From contig CAVSPA010000012.1 of NCBI GenBank assembly GCA_963729715.1, forward strand, positions 12,985 to 76,984: DNA of 64,000 bases, written 5' to 3'. This DNA comes from an uncultured delta proteobacterium (GTDB lineage: Bacteria; Desulfobacterota; Syntrophia; Syntrophales; UBA2185). This document shows positions 42,183-53,376 of the stretch, one piece after another. The position numbers were made by a program, and so were the translations under genes. The notes beneath the pieces were generated by a model. The model made no database searches, was not told the origin of the DNA, and was given only the letters and a program-made list of their open reading frames with translations. Every line of letters begins with the position of its first letter. Positions within the stretch are counted from its first letter, which is position 1.

Positions 42183-43475
42183 ATGAGTAAGATCGACACA
42201 AAATTGAAAATTGAAACCCTGGCCCTGCACGGCGGCCAGGAAGCGGACCCGACGACGGGAGCGCGGGCTGTCCCCATTTACCAGACAACTTCTTATCAAT
42301 TCAAGAATACGGAACACGCCGCCAATCTTTTTGGCTTGAAGGAGTCCGGCAATATTTATGTGCGGCTGATGAATCCCACAACAGATGTTCTGGAGAACCG
42401 GATGGCGCTTCTGGATGGCGGCGTCGGTGCTCTGGCGGTCGCGAGCGGCCAGTCGGCAATCACCCTGGCGCTCCTCAATATCGCACAGGCAGGCGATGAG
42501 ATTGTTTCGGCTGATAACCTTTACGGGGGGACATACAACCTCTTTCATTATACCTTTCCCCGTTTAGGGATAAATGTCCATTTCGTCAAATCAAACGACC
42601 TCGCTGCTTTCGAGAGAGCAATTACTCCGCGGACGAAGGCCATTTACGCGGAGTCTATTGGCAATCCGAAGCTTGATGTAGCGGATCTCGAAGGCATGTC
42701 CGGCGTTGCGCATAAGAAGGGCATTCCCTTTGTCCTGGATAATACCGTGTCACCATATCTCCTGCGCCCCATTGATTTCGGGGTTGATATTGTCGTCTAT
42801 TCGGCAACCAAATTCATCGGAGGTCACGGGACATCCCTTGGCGGCATAATTGTAGACTCAGGGAAGTTTGACTGGACGGGGGGAAAGTTTCCTCTTATTG
42901 ACGGGCCTGATCCGAGCTATCACGGGATTGATTTTGTGGAAGTTCTGAAGCCCAGGGGAAATATTGCCTATATTATGAAGGCGCGGGTCTGTCTGCTGCG
43001 TGACCTGGGACCGGCGCTCTCACCGTTTAATGCCTTCTTGTTTCTGCAGGGGCTGGAGACTATCCATTTGCGTATGCCGCGCCATTCCGAGAATGCCCTG
43101 GTCGTGGCGGGGTATCTCGAAAAACATCCGAAGGTCGCCTGGGTCAATTATCCGGGGCTTAAGTCCAGTCCGGAAAGGGGAAGAGCTGCCAAGTATCTGC
43201 CTAAAGGTGCGGGGGCGATTCTCGGATTCGGGGTCAGAGGCGGTTTAGAGGCAGGCAAGAAATTTATCGATTCGTTGCAACTCATATCACACCTGGCAAA
43301 CGTGGGAGATGCAAAGACCCTGGCCATCCATCCGGCGACGACGACGCACCAGCAGCTCTCGGTGGAGGAACAGTTGGCAACGGGCGTGACGCAAGATTTT
43401 ATTCGCTTGTCTGTGGGCCTGGAGCATGTTGACGACATTATCGCCGATATCGATCAGTCCCTGGCAAAGATATAA
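42183..43475 (+). CDS. metY: O-acetylhomoserine sulfhydrylase
   Basis: [28 protein letters not shown]. Confidence 0.9.
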   Translation: MSKIDTKLKIETLALHGGQEADPTTGARAVPIYQTTSYQFKNTEHAANLFGLKESGNIYVRLMNPTTDVLENRMALLDGGVGALAVASGQSAITLALLNIAQAGDEIVSADNLYGGTYNLFHYTFPRLGINVHFVKSNDLAAFERAITPRTKAIYAESIGNPKLDVADLEGMSGVAHKKGIPFVLDNTVSPYLLRPIDFGVDIVVYSATKFIGGHGTSLGGIIVDSGKFDWTGGKFPLIDGPDPSYHGIDFVEVLKPRGNIAYIMKARVCLLRDLGPALSPFNAFLFLQGLETIHLRMPRHSENALVVAGYLEKHPKVAWVNYPGLKSSPERGRAAKYLPKGAGAILGFGVRGGLEAGKKFIDSLQLISHLANVGDAKTLAIHPATTTHQQLSVEEQLATGVTQDFIRLSVGLEHVDDIIADIDQSLAKI

Positions 43476-43491
43476 TTTGAAGGAGGCAATT

Positions 43492-44418
43492 ATGGGCAAC
43501 ATATATTCAGATATCACGAAGACGATAGGAAGGACTCCCCTGGTGAGACTCAACAGGATGCAGGCAGGGTCGAAGGTGGATATTGTAGTGAAGATCGAAT
43601 CCTTCAATCCGCTTTCCAGCGTGAAGGACAGAATCGGCGTTTCCATGATCGAGGCGGCGGAGAAAGCGGGTCTTATTAAAAATGATACGGTCATCATCGA
43701 ACCGACAAGCGGAAACACGGGGATTGCCCTTGCCTTTGTGTGTGCAGCCAAAGGATACAAGCTCATTCTTACGATGCCCGAGACGATGAGCATGGAGAGA
43801 CGGCAGTTGCTGACTATCCTGGGAGCGGAGCTGGTGCTGACGGAAGGGGCTAAAGGAATGAAGGGCGCCGTGGATAGAGCGGAGGAACTGGCAAAGGAAT
43901 ATAAGAACAGCTTCGTACCTCAGCAGTTCAAAAATCCTGCTAATCCTGAGATTCACCGACGCACAACGGCGGAGGAGATCTGGCAGGATACGGACGGCAA
44001 GGTTGATTATATTGTCTCAGGAATAGGGACCGGCGGGACAATTACCGGCATCGGTGAGGCGTTGAAAAAAAGAAAGCCGTCGGTGAAGATGATTGCCGTT
44101 GAACCGGCGGATTCACCGGTGCTGTCAGGAGGAAAACCCGGTCCCCACAAGATTCAGGGGATTGGCGCGGGGTTCGTACCGGATGTGCTGAACAGGAATG
44201 TGATGGACGAAATCATCCAGGTGTCCCATGAGAATGCGGGAGAAATAGCCAGACGCCTGGCGAAGGAAGAGGGTATACTTGTGGGAATATCGAGCGGCGC
44301 GGCCATGTGGGCCGCGCTCACGGTGGCGAAAAGGAAAGAGGCGGAAGGCAAGATGATCGTGGTCATTTTTCCCGATAGCGGGGAGAGGTATCTCTCGACG
44401 TGGCTGTTCCAAAAATAG
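43492..44418 (+). CDS. cysK: Cysteine synthase A
   Basis: [36 protein letters not shown]. Confidence 0.95.
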   Translation: MGNIYSDITKTIGRTPLVRLNRMQAGSKVDIVVKIESFNPLSSVKDRIGVSMIEAAEKAGLIKNDTVIIEPTSGNTGIALAFVCAAKGYKLILTMPETMSMERRQLLTILGAELVLTEGAKGMKGAVDRAEELAKEYKNSFVPQQFKNPANPEIHRRTTAEEIWQDTDGKVDYIVSGIGTGGTITGIGEALKKRKPSVKMIAVEPADSPVLSGGKPGPHKIQGIGAGFVPDVLNRNVMDEIIQVSHENAGEIARRLAKEEGILVGISSGAAMWAALTVAKRKEAEGKMIVVIFPDSGERYLSTWLFQK

Positions 44419-44433
44419 CAGGTGGTTTTTTAG

Positions 44434-45606
44434 ATGACGGAAACAGGAAATAAGACAGATAAAGATAATTCCGTAGGCGTTGTGGAAACGCAGCATTATA
44501 CTTATGCCGGACCGGGCAAGGAACATAAACTTGAAAGCGGGGAAAAACTGGGACCGATCACTCTCGCTTATGAGACATACGGAAAGTTGAACAGGGAGAA
44601 GACGAATGCGATATTGGCGCTGCACTCCCTTTCCGGGGATGCCCATGCGGCGGGCGTTCACAGTGGTCAGGGCAATAAAGGCTGGTGGGATGACATGATC
44701 GGGCCAGGAAAGGCCTTCGATACAGACAGGTATTTTGTCATCTGCTCGAATGTCATCGGAGGCTGCAAAGGATCGACTGGTCCCTCTTCGATGAACGAGG
44801 CTACGGGTAAGCCTTATGCCCTGGACTTTCCCTTTATAACAGTAGCCGACATGGTCCATGCCCAGAGACATCTGATGGATTTTATCGGAATTGAAAAACT
44901 GCTGTGCGTGACTGGCGGCTCAATGGGCGGCATGCAGGTTCTTCAGTGGGTTGCCTCTTACCCGGAGCGGGTGAGGTCTGCCATCCCTATTGCCACGACA
45001 CTTAAACATTCTCCCCAGCAGATTGCCTTCAACGAGGTGGTAAGACAGTCCATCATGGCTGATCCCGCGTGGCGCGAGGGGAACTACTATGAATATGGCC
45101 AGCCGGAAAAAGGGCTGGCGGTGGCGCGCATGATCGGTCATATCACCTTCATGAGCGATCAATCAATGGAGGAGAAGTTTTCACGGCGGTTGAAGAGCGG
45201 GCGTTTCAGCTTCGGATTTGACGCCGATTTTGAGGTAGAAGGTTATCTGCACTACCGCGGTGCGAACTTCGTGAAGCGCTTCGATGCCAATTCATATCTC
45301 TATATCACGAAGGCGATAGATTACTTCGATCTCTCTGGAGGCAAGTTGATACCGGCCGGAAAAGCGATTGATACGCGCTTCCTGGTCATTTCTTTTAAGT
45401 CGGACTGGCTCTATCCATCCTATCAGTCGCAGGAGATAGTGCGGCTGTTGAAAAGGAGGCGTGTCGACGCAACATACTGCGAACTCCGCACCACTTATGG
45501 ACATGATGCCTTTCTGGTTGAAGTGGAGGAGCAGACAACCCTGATAAAGCATTTTCTCGACAAGACATTCAATGGTTATCTGGTGGTGAGTGATCATGGC
45601 ATCTAA
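44434..45606 (+). CDS. metX: Homoserine O-acetyltransferase
   Basis: [25 protein letters not shown]. Confidence 0.93.
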   Translation: MTETGNKTDKDNSVGVVETQHYTYAGPGKEHKLESGEKLGPITLAYETYGKLNREKTNAILALHSLSGDAHAAGVHSGQGNKGWWDDMIGPGKAFDTDRYFVICSNVIGGCKGSTGPSSMNEATGKPYALDFPFITVADMVHAQRHLMDFIGIEKLLCVTGGSMGGMQVLQWVASYPERVRSAIPIATTLKHSPQQIAFNEVVRQSIMADPAWREGNYYEYGQPEKGLAVARMIGHITFMSDQSMEEKFSRRLKSGRFSFGFDADFEVEGYLHYRGANFVKRFDANSYLYITKAIDYFDLSGGKLIPAGKAIDTRFLVISFKSDWLYPSYQSQEIVRLLKRRRVDATYCELRTTYGHDAFLVEVEEQTTLIKHFLDKTFNGYLVVSDHGI

Positions 45607-46207
45607 CGACATCCGTCTCGACCACAGCATAATTTATTCTATCATCGAGCCCAAGTCCCGGGTGCTTGACCTGGGATGCGGCGAGGGTGACCTTCTCTAT
45701 CCCCTTGTCAGGGATAAACAGGTTCGGGCTCAGGGCATCGAGCTCGATGACAAGGCCATTCAGGAGTGTGTCAAAAAGGGATTGAGTGTTTTTCACGATG
45801 ATATTGAACACAGCTTGCGTGAATATCCGGATAATTGTTTTGACTATGTGATTCTGAACCAGAGCATGCAGGAGGTTAAGCACGTTGACTTCGTCATCCA
45901 TGAAGCCCTGCGCATCGGGAGCAAAGTCATTGTCGGGTTTCCAAACTTTGCTTTCCTCCGATCCCGATTCATGCTTTTTTTCCTGGGGAAGTCGCCGATC
46001 ACAAAGTCGCTTCCTTATCTCTGGTTTGATACGCCCAATGTCCGTTTCTTGAGCATTGATGATTTCAAGTATTTTTGTGCGGAAAAAAATATCCGGATCA
46101 TAGAAGCCAATTATCTGGGGGAAAGAAAAGTCGTCCATTTCTGGCCTAATCTATTGGCATTGAATGCTGTCTTTGTTTTGGAGAAAGAAATTACGGAAGA
46201 ATCGTGA
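45590..46207 (+). CDS. metW: Methionine biosynthesis protein MetW
   Basis: [22 protein letters not shown]; follows metX. Confidence 0.9.
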   Translation: MIMASNDIRLDHSIIYSIIEPKSRVLDLGCGEGDLLYPLVRDKQVRAQGIELDDKAIQECVKKGLSVFHDDIEHSLREYPDNCFDYVILNQSMQEVKHVDFVIHEALRIGSKVIVGFPNFAFLRSRFMLFFLGKSPITKSLPYLWFDTPNVRFLSIDDFKYFCAEKNIRIIEANYLGERKVVHFWPNLLALNAVFVLEKEITEES

Positions 46208-46298
46208 AGCCGCATGGAGCGATTTAAGATTGGGCAGTTCGCGAATTTTCTGATACGATGAAAAAAATAGATATCGTAATTGCTGGAGACTTGGAAAG

Positions 46299-46739
46299 AT
46301 GAAAGAGGGCAAGGTTTTGTCCGTGAATATTTCCCAGGCGAAGGGCGAAAAAAAACATAATATCGGTTGCAGTCTGTTGCTGGTGGACCATGGTTTGAAA
46401 GATGATGCCCATGTAGGTTTCTGGATCCGGCAGGTCAGCCTGCTGGCTATGGAAAGCATCGAAAAGATCAGACAGAAGGGCCTCGATGTACAATACGGTG
46501 ATTTCGCCGAAAATCTAACCACGGAGGGTATCGATCTTCCCTCTCTCCATGTCGGCACGTGGTTGAAAGTGGGAACTGAAGTCCTTCTGGAAGTCACACA
46601 AATCGGCAAGGTCTGTCATGAACGGTGCAACATCTTTTATGCAGTCGGTGACTGCGTCATGCCCCGGGAGGGGATCTTTGCGAAAGTCTTGATTGGCGGC
46701 GAGGTACGGGTGGGTGATCAGATAGAGTTTGCCAAATAG
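46299..46739 (+). CDS. MOSC-domain protein
   Basis: RQVSLL, GDFAEN, GKVCH..C...GDCVMPREG. Confidence 0.88.
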   Translation: MKEGKVLSVNISQAKGEKKHNIGCSLLLVDHGLKDDAHVGFWIRQVSLLAMESIEKIRQKGLDVQYGDFAENLTTEGIDLPSLHVGTWLKVGTEVLLEVTQIGKVCHERCNIFYAVGDCVMPREGIFAKVLIGGEVRVGDQIEFAK

Positions 46740-47063
46740 GTGGATGATATAATCATCTAACAAGTGATGACGGGTCATTAGAATCGGCCGCTTCCCGTCA
46801 GTAAGGATTTTCGAAGTCATAAATCAGAATATCCCTGATCGTAATTCGCTCCATTATAAATTATTATAATAAACAATCCTAAATTATAGGTGGGAGATCG
46901 CCTATTCTTGCCGGGAGGCTGAAACCATTGATCAGTATCCCAAACACTAAGGCCAATTCCGTGACGTTGGAAAATAATATAATGGTGAAATTGTTGGTGA
47001 CGTAAATTTGCCTTTGGCAAGACAGGAATGCAGGAAACAAGTTTAATGAAGAAGGAGGGGTTT

Positions 47064-47453
47064 ATGAAAAAGGTCACAGTAGTTCTGGCTATTCTGTTCT
47101 TAGCATGCGGACTGGCCTTTGCGAAAGATTACACGGTTACAAAGAAGGCGGGTCCTTATACGGTTCTTGTAAGAATGGACAAGAATCCCCCGATTGCCGG
47201 CGAGAATAATATAGTAATAAGTATACAGGATGCTGCCGGCGCTGACGTTGTTGATGCGGCTGTCATGGTCGAATACTCCATGCCCGCTATGCCCGGGATG
47301 CCGGCGATGAATTACAAGACTAAAACTGACGCAAAGAGCAAAAAATATGTGGCAACCGTTGATTTTTCCATGTCAGGCGCATGGAGCATAAATGTCAAAG
47401 TCACACGCGCCGGAAAGACGCAGTCGGTAAAATTTAATGTGGACGTCAGCTAA
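47064..47453 (+). CDS. FixH/YtkA-like secreted Met-rich protein
   Basis: Signal peptide, MPAMPGMPAM, FSMSGAW. Confidence 0.7.
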   Translation: MKKVTVVLAILFLACGLAFAKDYTVTKKAGPYTVLVRMDKNPPIAGENNIVISIQDAAGADVVDAAVMVEYSMPAMPGMPAMNYKTKTDAKSKKYVATVDFSMSGAWSINVKVTRAGKTQSVKFNVDVS

Positions 47454-48717
47454 GGCTTGGCAAACAATAATCTTTGCTCTGGTGATGTTTCTTCTGGGGA
47501 CTCCGGCTACGGCCCAGGACCTCAAGCTCTCCGACCTTGTTGATGAAGCATTGAAAAACAATCCGGACATCAGGGCTTCACAGGCGAAGATAGAAGCTGC
47601 CAAATACCGCATCCCCCAGTCGAAGAGCCTTCCCGATCCGCAGTTTTCGTTCGGCTATCAGAACGAGGGATTTAATAGGTACACCTACGGTGAGGAACAG
47701 GGTTCCCAGTGGATGTTTTCAGCGTCGCAGCAGTTCCTCTTTCCCGGCAAGCGTGCGCTGAAGGGAGACGTGGCAGAGCGTGACAGCCAAAGCCTGGAGG
47801 CCATGCACGAACTGCTCAAGCTCAAGACGGCGGCGCGGGTTAAAGAACTGTACTACGATCTCTTTCTGGCTTACAAGAATATCGACCTCCTGAAAGACAA
47901 GCGAGACCTCTTTACCCGGACGGAGGACTTGACCCTTGCCCGCTATGCAGCAGGGAAGGCGATGCAGCAGGAGGTCCTCATGGCGCAGACAGAAAAATAC
48001 ATGCTTCTCGAAAAAGAGGAGATGTTGAACCAGAAGATTCTATCTCAGGAGGCCATGCTTCGGGCCGCAATAGGACGTGAGAAGGGGCCACACCTCGGGC
48101 GACCCATCGAACCAGTCTATGTGCCATTCACAATCACCCTTGATGAGGCCTTGCAGATGGCCGATCAGCACTCACCGGAGATCAGATCCAGGACAAAGAT
48201 GATCGAAGCAGCAGACACCAGGATACTGATGGCCCAGAAGGAGTACTACCCCGATTTCAGTATCACCGCCGGCTACTTCAACCGATCCGGTGACTTCAAG
48301 GATATGTGGAGTGCGCTGGCGACAGTGAATATCCCCCTGTACTATAAAACTAAACAGGAACCGGCAGTCCTTGAGGCAAAAGCGTCTTATGCACAGGCGA
48401 AACAGGAACTGGAAGCCGTTAAACTGATGATAGCTGCAGCCATACAGGACAATTTCTCTATGATAAGATCATCGGAAAAGCTCATGGACCTTTACAAGAA
48501 CGGCTTGATCCCCAAGAACTCTCAGGACGTCGAGTTGGCCCTGTCCGGATATGCCACCGGGAAGACGGAAGCAATAGTCGTGATTACGAGACTGAAGACT
48601 CTGCTTGATTACGAAATACTTTACTGGAGCCAGTTTGTGGAAAGAGAAAAAGCTATTGCGCGACTCCATGCCATTACGGAAGGTCCGGCTTCATCGTCGG
48701 GAGGTGCGAGCAAATGA
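47437..48717 (+). CDS. TolC/CusC-like outer membrane factor
   Basis: ALKNNP, SLPDP, YYPDF; position in the RND operon. Confidence 0.88.
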   Translation: MWTSAKAWQTIIFALVMFLLGTPATAQDLKLSDLVDEALKNNPDIRASQAKIEAAKYRIPQSKSLPDPQFSFGYQNEGFNRYTYGEEQGSQWMFSASQQFLFPGKRALKGDVAERDSQSLEAMHELLKLKTAARVKELYYDLFLAYKNIDLLKDKRDLFTRTEDLTLARYAAGKAMQQEVLMAQTEKYMLLEKEEMLNQKILSQEAMLRAAIGREKGPHLGRPIEPVYVPFTITLDEALQMADQHSPEIRSRTKMIEAADTRILMAQKEYYPDFSITAGYFNRSGDFKDMWSALATVNIPLYYKTKQEPAVLEAKASYAQAKQELEAVKLMIAAAIQDNFSMIRSSEKLMDLYKNGLIPKNSQDVELALSGYATGKTEAIVVITRLKTLLDYEILYWSQFVEREKAIARLHAITEGPASSSGGASK

Positions 48718-49988
48718 GAAAGCGAAATACCTTGATAATGTTGATCGCCGCCGGTGCATCGGCAAGTATGTTCCTTCTCGGGATCATCTTTTCCACACCG
48801 CTCTTGGCCCAGGGCCATGCGGGTCATACTGCTCAGAAACCCGCGGCCACGGAGAAAGATAAGACGGTCAAGCCCGAGGTCCAGCAGGAAGAAGCGGCAG
48901 AAGAGATTCCTCAGATTGAGATCTCTCCCGAACAGCAGCAGCTCATCGGCGTGAAGACGTTCAAGGTTACGGCAAAGCCCATGCAGAAAGTCATACGAAC
49001 GGTGGGAAGGATAGAGGCCGACGAGAAGAAGCTGGCCACCATCAATACCAAGGTCGAGGGCTGGATCGAGAAGCTCTACGTGGACTACACAGGCCGTTAC
49101 GTTAGGAAAGGGGAGCCACTGGCGGAGATTTACTCTCCGGAGCTTCTGGCGACCGAGCAGGAGTACCTCAGCATATTGAAGTGGACGGTTAAGCAAACCG
49201 TCCCCGCGGATCGACCCGACGCCGCCCAGTCGGGGCGCGACCAGACAAATACACAAGCGAGCTCTGAATCCGTATCCGAATTACGGGACATGATTACAAA
49301 GGACGCCAAGGCTACGCTGGCTGCGGCCAGAGAGAGGCTGCGGCTCTGGGACATCTCCGAGGAACAGATCAATAAAATTGAGGAGACAGGGAAGCCCGTC
49401 CGCACTTTAATCCTTTACAGTCCGGTAAGCGGGTACGTTACACAGAAAGCGGCCATCCAGGGGACGAAGGTAATGCCGGGAGAAAAGCTCTTCGATATAG
49501 CCGACCTCTCCACACTCTGGATAATCGCCGATATTTACGAATACGAGTTGCCCTTTGTGCGGGTAGGCCAATCCGCGCGCATCACCCTCAGTTATTTTCC
49601 GGGCAGGGAAATGGTTTCACGTATCGATTATATCTATCCCACCATCTCAGCGGATACGAGGACGGCGAAGGTCCGACTGACTCTGCAAAATCCGAAAGGC
49701 GACTTCAAGCCACAGATGTTTACAAATGTGGAAATCAGGATCGGTCTCGGTAAAAAGCTTGTCGTCCCGGAATCGGCGGTGATCGATACCGGCGTCGAAC
49801 AGGTCGTTTATGTAGACCGCGGGAATGGCGTTTACGAACCCCGGGTTGTCCAGGTGGGCCTCCGTGCGGACGGCGCGGTGGAAGTCCTGCGGGGCTTGAA
49901 AAGCGGCGAGAAGGTTGTCTCATCGGCCAATTTTCTGATTGATTCCGAAGCGCAGCTCAAGGGTGTTAAACCCTTGCGTAAGCCATAG
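48714..49988 (+). CDS. cusB: CusB-like RND membrane fusion protein
   Basis: GWIEKL, IYSPEL, KPQMF, FLIDSE. Confidence 0.85.
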   Translation: MRKRNTLIMLIAAGASASMFLLGIIFSTPLLAQGHAGHTAQKPAATEKDKTVKPEVQQEEAAEEIPQIEISPEQQQLIGVKTFKVTAKPMQKVIRTVGRIEADEKKLATINTKVEGWIEKLYVDYTGRYVRKGEPLAEIYSPELLATEQEYLSILKWTVKQTVPADRPDAAQSGRDQTNTQASSESVSELRDMITKDAKATLAAARERLRLWDISEEQINKIEETGKPVRTLILYSPVSGYVTQKAAIQGTKVMPGEKLFDIADLSTLWIIADIYEYELPFVRVGQSARITLSYFPGREMVSRIDYIYPTISADTRTAKVRLTLQNPKGDFKPQMFTNVEIRIGLGKKLVVPESAVIDTGVEQVVYVDRGNGVYEPRVVQVGLRADGAVEVLRGLKSGEKVVSSANFLIDSEAQLKGVKPLRKP

Positions 49989-50008
49989 ATCAGAATTGAA
50001 AGTTTAAT

Positions 50009-53000
50009 ATGATCGCCAGAATCATTGAATACAGCGCCCGCAATAAGTTTATCATCTTTCTCATTATGTTGATTTCCATTGCCTGGGGCTACTGGGCGCT
50101 GAAAAATGCGCCGCTCGATGCCATCCCGGACCTGAGTGATACCCAAGTCATCATCTATACGGAATGGACAGGCCGAAGCCCCGACCTTGTGGAAGACCAG
50201 ATCACCTATCCGATTTCATCCACCCTGCTTGCCGCGCCTCAGGTACAGGCAGTCAGGGGTTTTTCCTATCTTGGCAGCTCGTTCATCTATGTTATTTTTA
50301 AAGAGGGGACAGATATCTACTGGGCGAGAAGCCGCGTGCTCGAGTATCTTCAGGCCGTTAAGAACAAGATTCCCACTGATGTGAATCCCGTCCTTGGTCC
50401 GGATGCGACGAGTCTCGGCTGGGGTTTTTCCTATGCCGTAGTTGATGAGACGGGTGCGCATGATCTTTCCGAACTCCGCTCGATCCAGGATTATTCGCTC
50501 AAACTGGCGCTGGAAAGCGTTCCCGGCGTTTCGCAGGTCGCGAGCGTGGGCGGGTTTGTGAAACAGTACCAGGTAACCATCGACCCGAACCGCCTCCTTG
50601 CCTTCAATATTCCGATCACCAAAGTGTTGGAGGTAATTCGTAAGAGCAATCGGGATGTGGAAGGCAGGGTTCTGGAGATGTCCGGCGTCGAATATATGGT
50701 GAGAGGGCGTGGATACATCAAGAACCTTAAAGATCTAGAATATGTCGCCCTGGGCACGGATAACGCGGGAACGCCGATCTACTTAAAGGATGTGGCCAGC
50801 GTCCGGTTCGGGCCTGAAATCAGGAGGGGGCTTGCGGAACTGGATGGCAGGGGAGAGGTCGCGGGCGGCATTGTCGTTGTCCGCTTCGGTGAGAATGTCC
50901 TCAATGTCATAGAACGGGTCAAAGAAAAGCTGGAGAAAGATATCATACCCAGTCTCCCCAAGGGTGTTAAAATTGTCACCACCTATGACAGGTCGGACCT
51001 GATCAAGCGCTCCATCGATACCTTGAAAAGTGAGATCATAAAGCTGGCCGTCGCCGTCAGCGTCGTCTGTCTCATCTTCCTTTTCCATTTGCCGAGCGCC
51101 CTCGTGGTGATCCTCACCCTGCCTGTCGCTATCATCATGTCATTTATCTGCATGTACTATCTGGGGGTCACATCGAATATCATGAGTCTCAGCGGTATCG
51201 CCATCGCCATCGGCGCCATGGTTGACGCCTCGATCATCATGGTGGAAAACTCCCACAAGAAGCTGGAAGAATGGGAGGCACAGGGTAGGCACGGAGAGAG
51301 GATGGATGTGATCATCGAGGCGGCCAAAGAAGTCGGCCCCTCCCTCTTCTTTTCACTCCTCGTAATCACGGTGGGCTTCCTGCCCGTCTTCACCTTACAG
51401 GCGCAGGCGGGGAGGCTCTTCAAGCCGCTCGCCTATACGAAAACATTTGCGATGCTCTTCTCATCATTTCTGGCAATCACACTGACGCCCGTATTGATGA
51501 CGATTTTTGTGCGCGGGAAAATAAGACATGAAGATAGAAATCCCATCAGCATCATCCTGCACAAGCTTTATGAGCCTGTTGCCGGACTCGCCCTCAGGTT
51601 CAAGAAGACAGTTATTATAATTGCCGTCCTAATTCTGATTGCTACTATTTATCCTTTTATGAAACTCGGTTCGGAATTCATGCCGCCCCTTTACGAGGGG
51701 TCACTTTTTTACATGCCCGTAACCATGCCCGGGGCGTCCATCTCCGAGGTCTCCAAATTGTTGCAGATGCAAGACAAGATACTCATGAAGATTCCGGAAG
51801 TCGCCCAGGTCTTCGGGAAGGCCGGCCGCGCCGAGACCGCGACGGACCCTGCTCCCCTGGAGATGTTCGAGACGGTGATCAACCTGAAGCCCGAATCGGA
51901 GTGGCGCAAAGGTATGGACGTGGAGAAGATCAAGAACGAGATGAATGACGCATTGTCCATACCGGGTGTTTCTAATTCTTTCACTATGCCGATTAAGGCC
52001 CGTATAGACATGCTTGCCACAGGGATCAGGACTCCTGTGGGGATTAAGATTCTCGGGTCCAACCTGGAAGAGATAGAAAAAATAGGACTTGCCTTGGAGC
52101 ATCACATCAGGGAAATCCCGGGGACACGGAGCGTCTATGCGGAGAGGGTTACGACCGGATATTTTCTGGACATCGTCGTGCGCAGGGATGAGGTGGCGCG
52201 ATATGGCCTGACGGTGGACGATGTCGGCGAAGTCATCCAGGCGGCCATCGGGGGGATGAACCTGACTACTACCATAGAGGGAAGGGCGCGCTACCCCGTG
52301 AATGTACGCTATGCACGGGACCTGCGCAATGATGTGGAAAAGCTGAGGCGCGTGCTGGTTCCTGTGATGATGGCGAACCGCCCTGTTGCCCCGCCAGCCC
52401 CGGGCATGGTGGCCCCGTCAAGTACGCCAGGGTCCTTCCGTGTGCCCCTCGGGGAACTTACTGATATCAAAATTGTCAAAGGGGCGACAGCCATAAAAAG
52501 CGAGGAAGGGCTCCTGACCTCCTATGTCTACATCGATTATTCAGGCGGGAACATCGGTGGTTATGTCGATGAGGCCAGGAAGAAGGTGGCCTCCTTGAAA
52601 ATCCCCGACGGTTATCGCCTTGCCTGGAGCGGCGAATACGAATACCTGATTAAGACCCATGAGAGGCTGAAACTCGTCATTCCGCTAACGCTCTTCATAA
52701 TTTTTGTCCTGATCTACTTCAACACGAAGTCAGTCATAAAAACGGCGATCGTCCTTCTTGCCGTTCCGTTTTCTCTCGTGGGGTCGTTCTGGCTTCTCTA
52801 CATCCTCAATTACAACATGAGTATCGCCGTGTGGGTTGGCATCATCGCCCTCGCGGGGCTCGATGCGGAGACGGGCGTGGTGATGCTCCTTTATCTCGAC
52901 CTGGCCCATGAGAAATGGCAAAAAGAGGGAAGACTGAAGAATGCCGTTGACCTGAGAGACTCCATCATGTACGGTGCCGTGAAGAGAATTCGCCCCAAGA

Positions 53001-53188
53001 TAATGACGGTGAGCGTTATTCTTGCGGGGCTCGTCCCCATCATGTTCAGCCACGGCACGGGCGCCGATATCATGAAACGGATTGCTGCGCCCATGGTCGG
53101 CGGAGTGGTTACCTCCACCATTCTTGAATTGATCATCTATCCTGCCATCTATATGATCTGGCGGAGCCGCGGACTTGCTAAAGATTAA
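50009..53188 (+). CDS. cusA: CusA-type heavy-metal RND pump
   Basis: PLDAIPDLSD, DIYWARSRVLEYL; Met residues in FYMP, PLEMFE, RIDML; RIAAPMVGG. Confidence 0.93.
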   Translation: MIARIIEYSARNKFIIFLIMLISIAWGYWALKNAPLDAIPDLSDTQVIIYTEWTGRSPDLVEDQITYPISSTLLAAPQVQAVRGFSYLGSSFIYVIFKEGTDIYWARSRVLEYLQAVKNKIPTDVNPVLGPDATSLGWGFSYAVVDETGAHDLSELRSIQDYSLKLALESVPGVSQVASVGGFVKQYQVTIDPNRLLAFNIPITKVLEVIRKSNRDVEGRVLEMSGVEYMVRGRGYIKNLKDLEYVALGTDNAGTPIYLKDVASVRFGPEIRRGLAELDGRGEVAGGIVVVRFGENVLNVIERVKEKLEKDIIPSLPKGVKIVTTYDRSDLIKRSIDTLKSEIIKLAVAVSVVCLIFLFHLPSALVVILTLPVAIIMSFICMYYLGVTSNIMSLSGIAIAIGAMVDASIIMVENSHKKLEEWEAQGRHGERMDVIIEAAKEVGPSLFFSLLVITVGFLPVFTLQAQAGRLFKPLAYTKTFAMLFSSFLAITLTPVLMTIFVRGKIRHEDRNPISIILHKLYEPVAGLALRFKKTVIIIAVLILIATIYPFMKLGSEFMPPLYEGSLFYMPVTMPGASISEVSKLLQMQDKILMKIPEVAQVFGKAGRAETATDPAPLEMFETVINLKPESEWRKGMDVEKIKNEMNDALSIPGVSNSFTMPIKARIDMLATGIRTPVGIKILGSNLEEIEKIGLALEHHIREIPGTRSVYAERVTTGYFLDIVVRRDEVARYGLTVDDVGEVIQAAIGGMNLTTTIEGRARYPVNVRYARDLRNDVEKLRRVLVPVMMANRPVAPPAPGMVAPSSTPGSFRVPLGELTDIKIVKGATAIKSEEGLLTSYVYIDYSGGNIGGYVDEARKKVASLKIPDGYRLAWSGEYEYLIKTHERLKLVIPLTLFIIFVLIYFNTKSVIKTAIVLLAVPFSLVGSFWLLYILNYNMSIAVWVGIIALAGLDAETGVVMLLYLDLAHEKWQKEGRLKNAVDLRDSIMYGAVKRIRPKIMTVSVILAGLVPIMFSHGTGADIMKRIAAPMVGGVVTSTILELIIYPAIYMIWRSRGLAKD

Positions 53189-53191
53189 GCC

Positions 53192-53313
53192 TTTCCTGAA
53201 TTCGGTAGCGAGCGCCAACACCTTCGCTTGCTGCGGGGTAAGCGAGCGAATGCTGAACGATACTGTTACTTCAGAATCGAAGATTCTCCGCAGCTTGCTG
53301 CGGCGAGCTTCAA
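53192..53313 (+). repeat. 122-bp dispersed palindromic repeat, copy 2
   Basis: 111/122 identical to 24594-24715; hairpin CCGCAGC-TT-GCTGCGG. Confidence 0.9.
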
Positions 53314-53376
53314 ACCTGAAAGGATTTCCATATAGGCTTTGATGACACATCAAGCGTAACCAGATAGGAGGCTGAT

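Noticed and set aside
46817..47077. 86-aa minus-strand ORF in an AT-rich gap
   Set aside because: No motif; overlaps the upstream region of the cus operon
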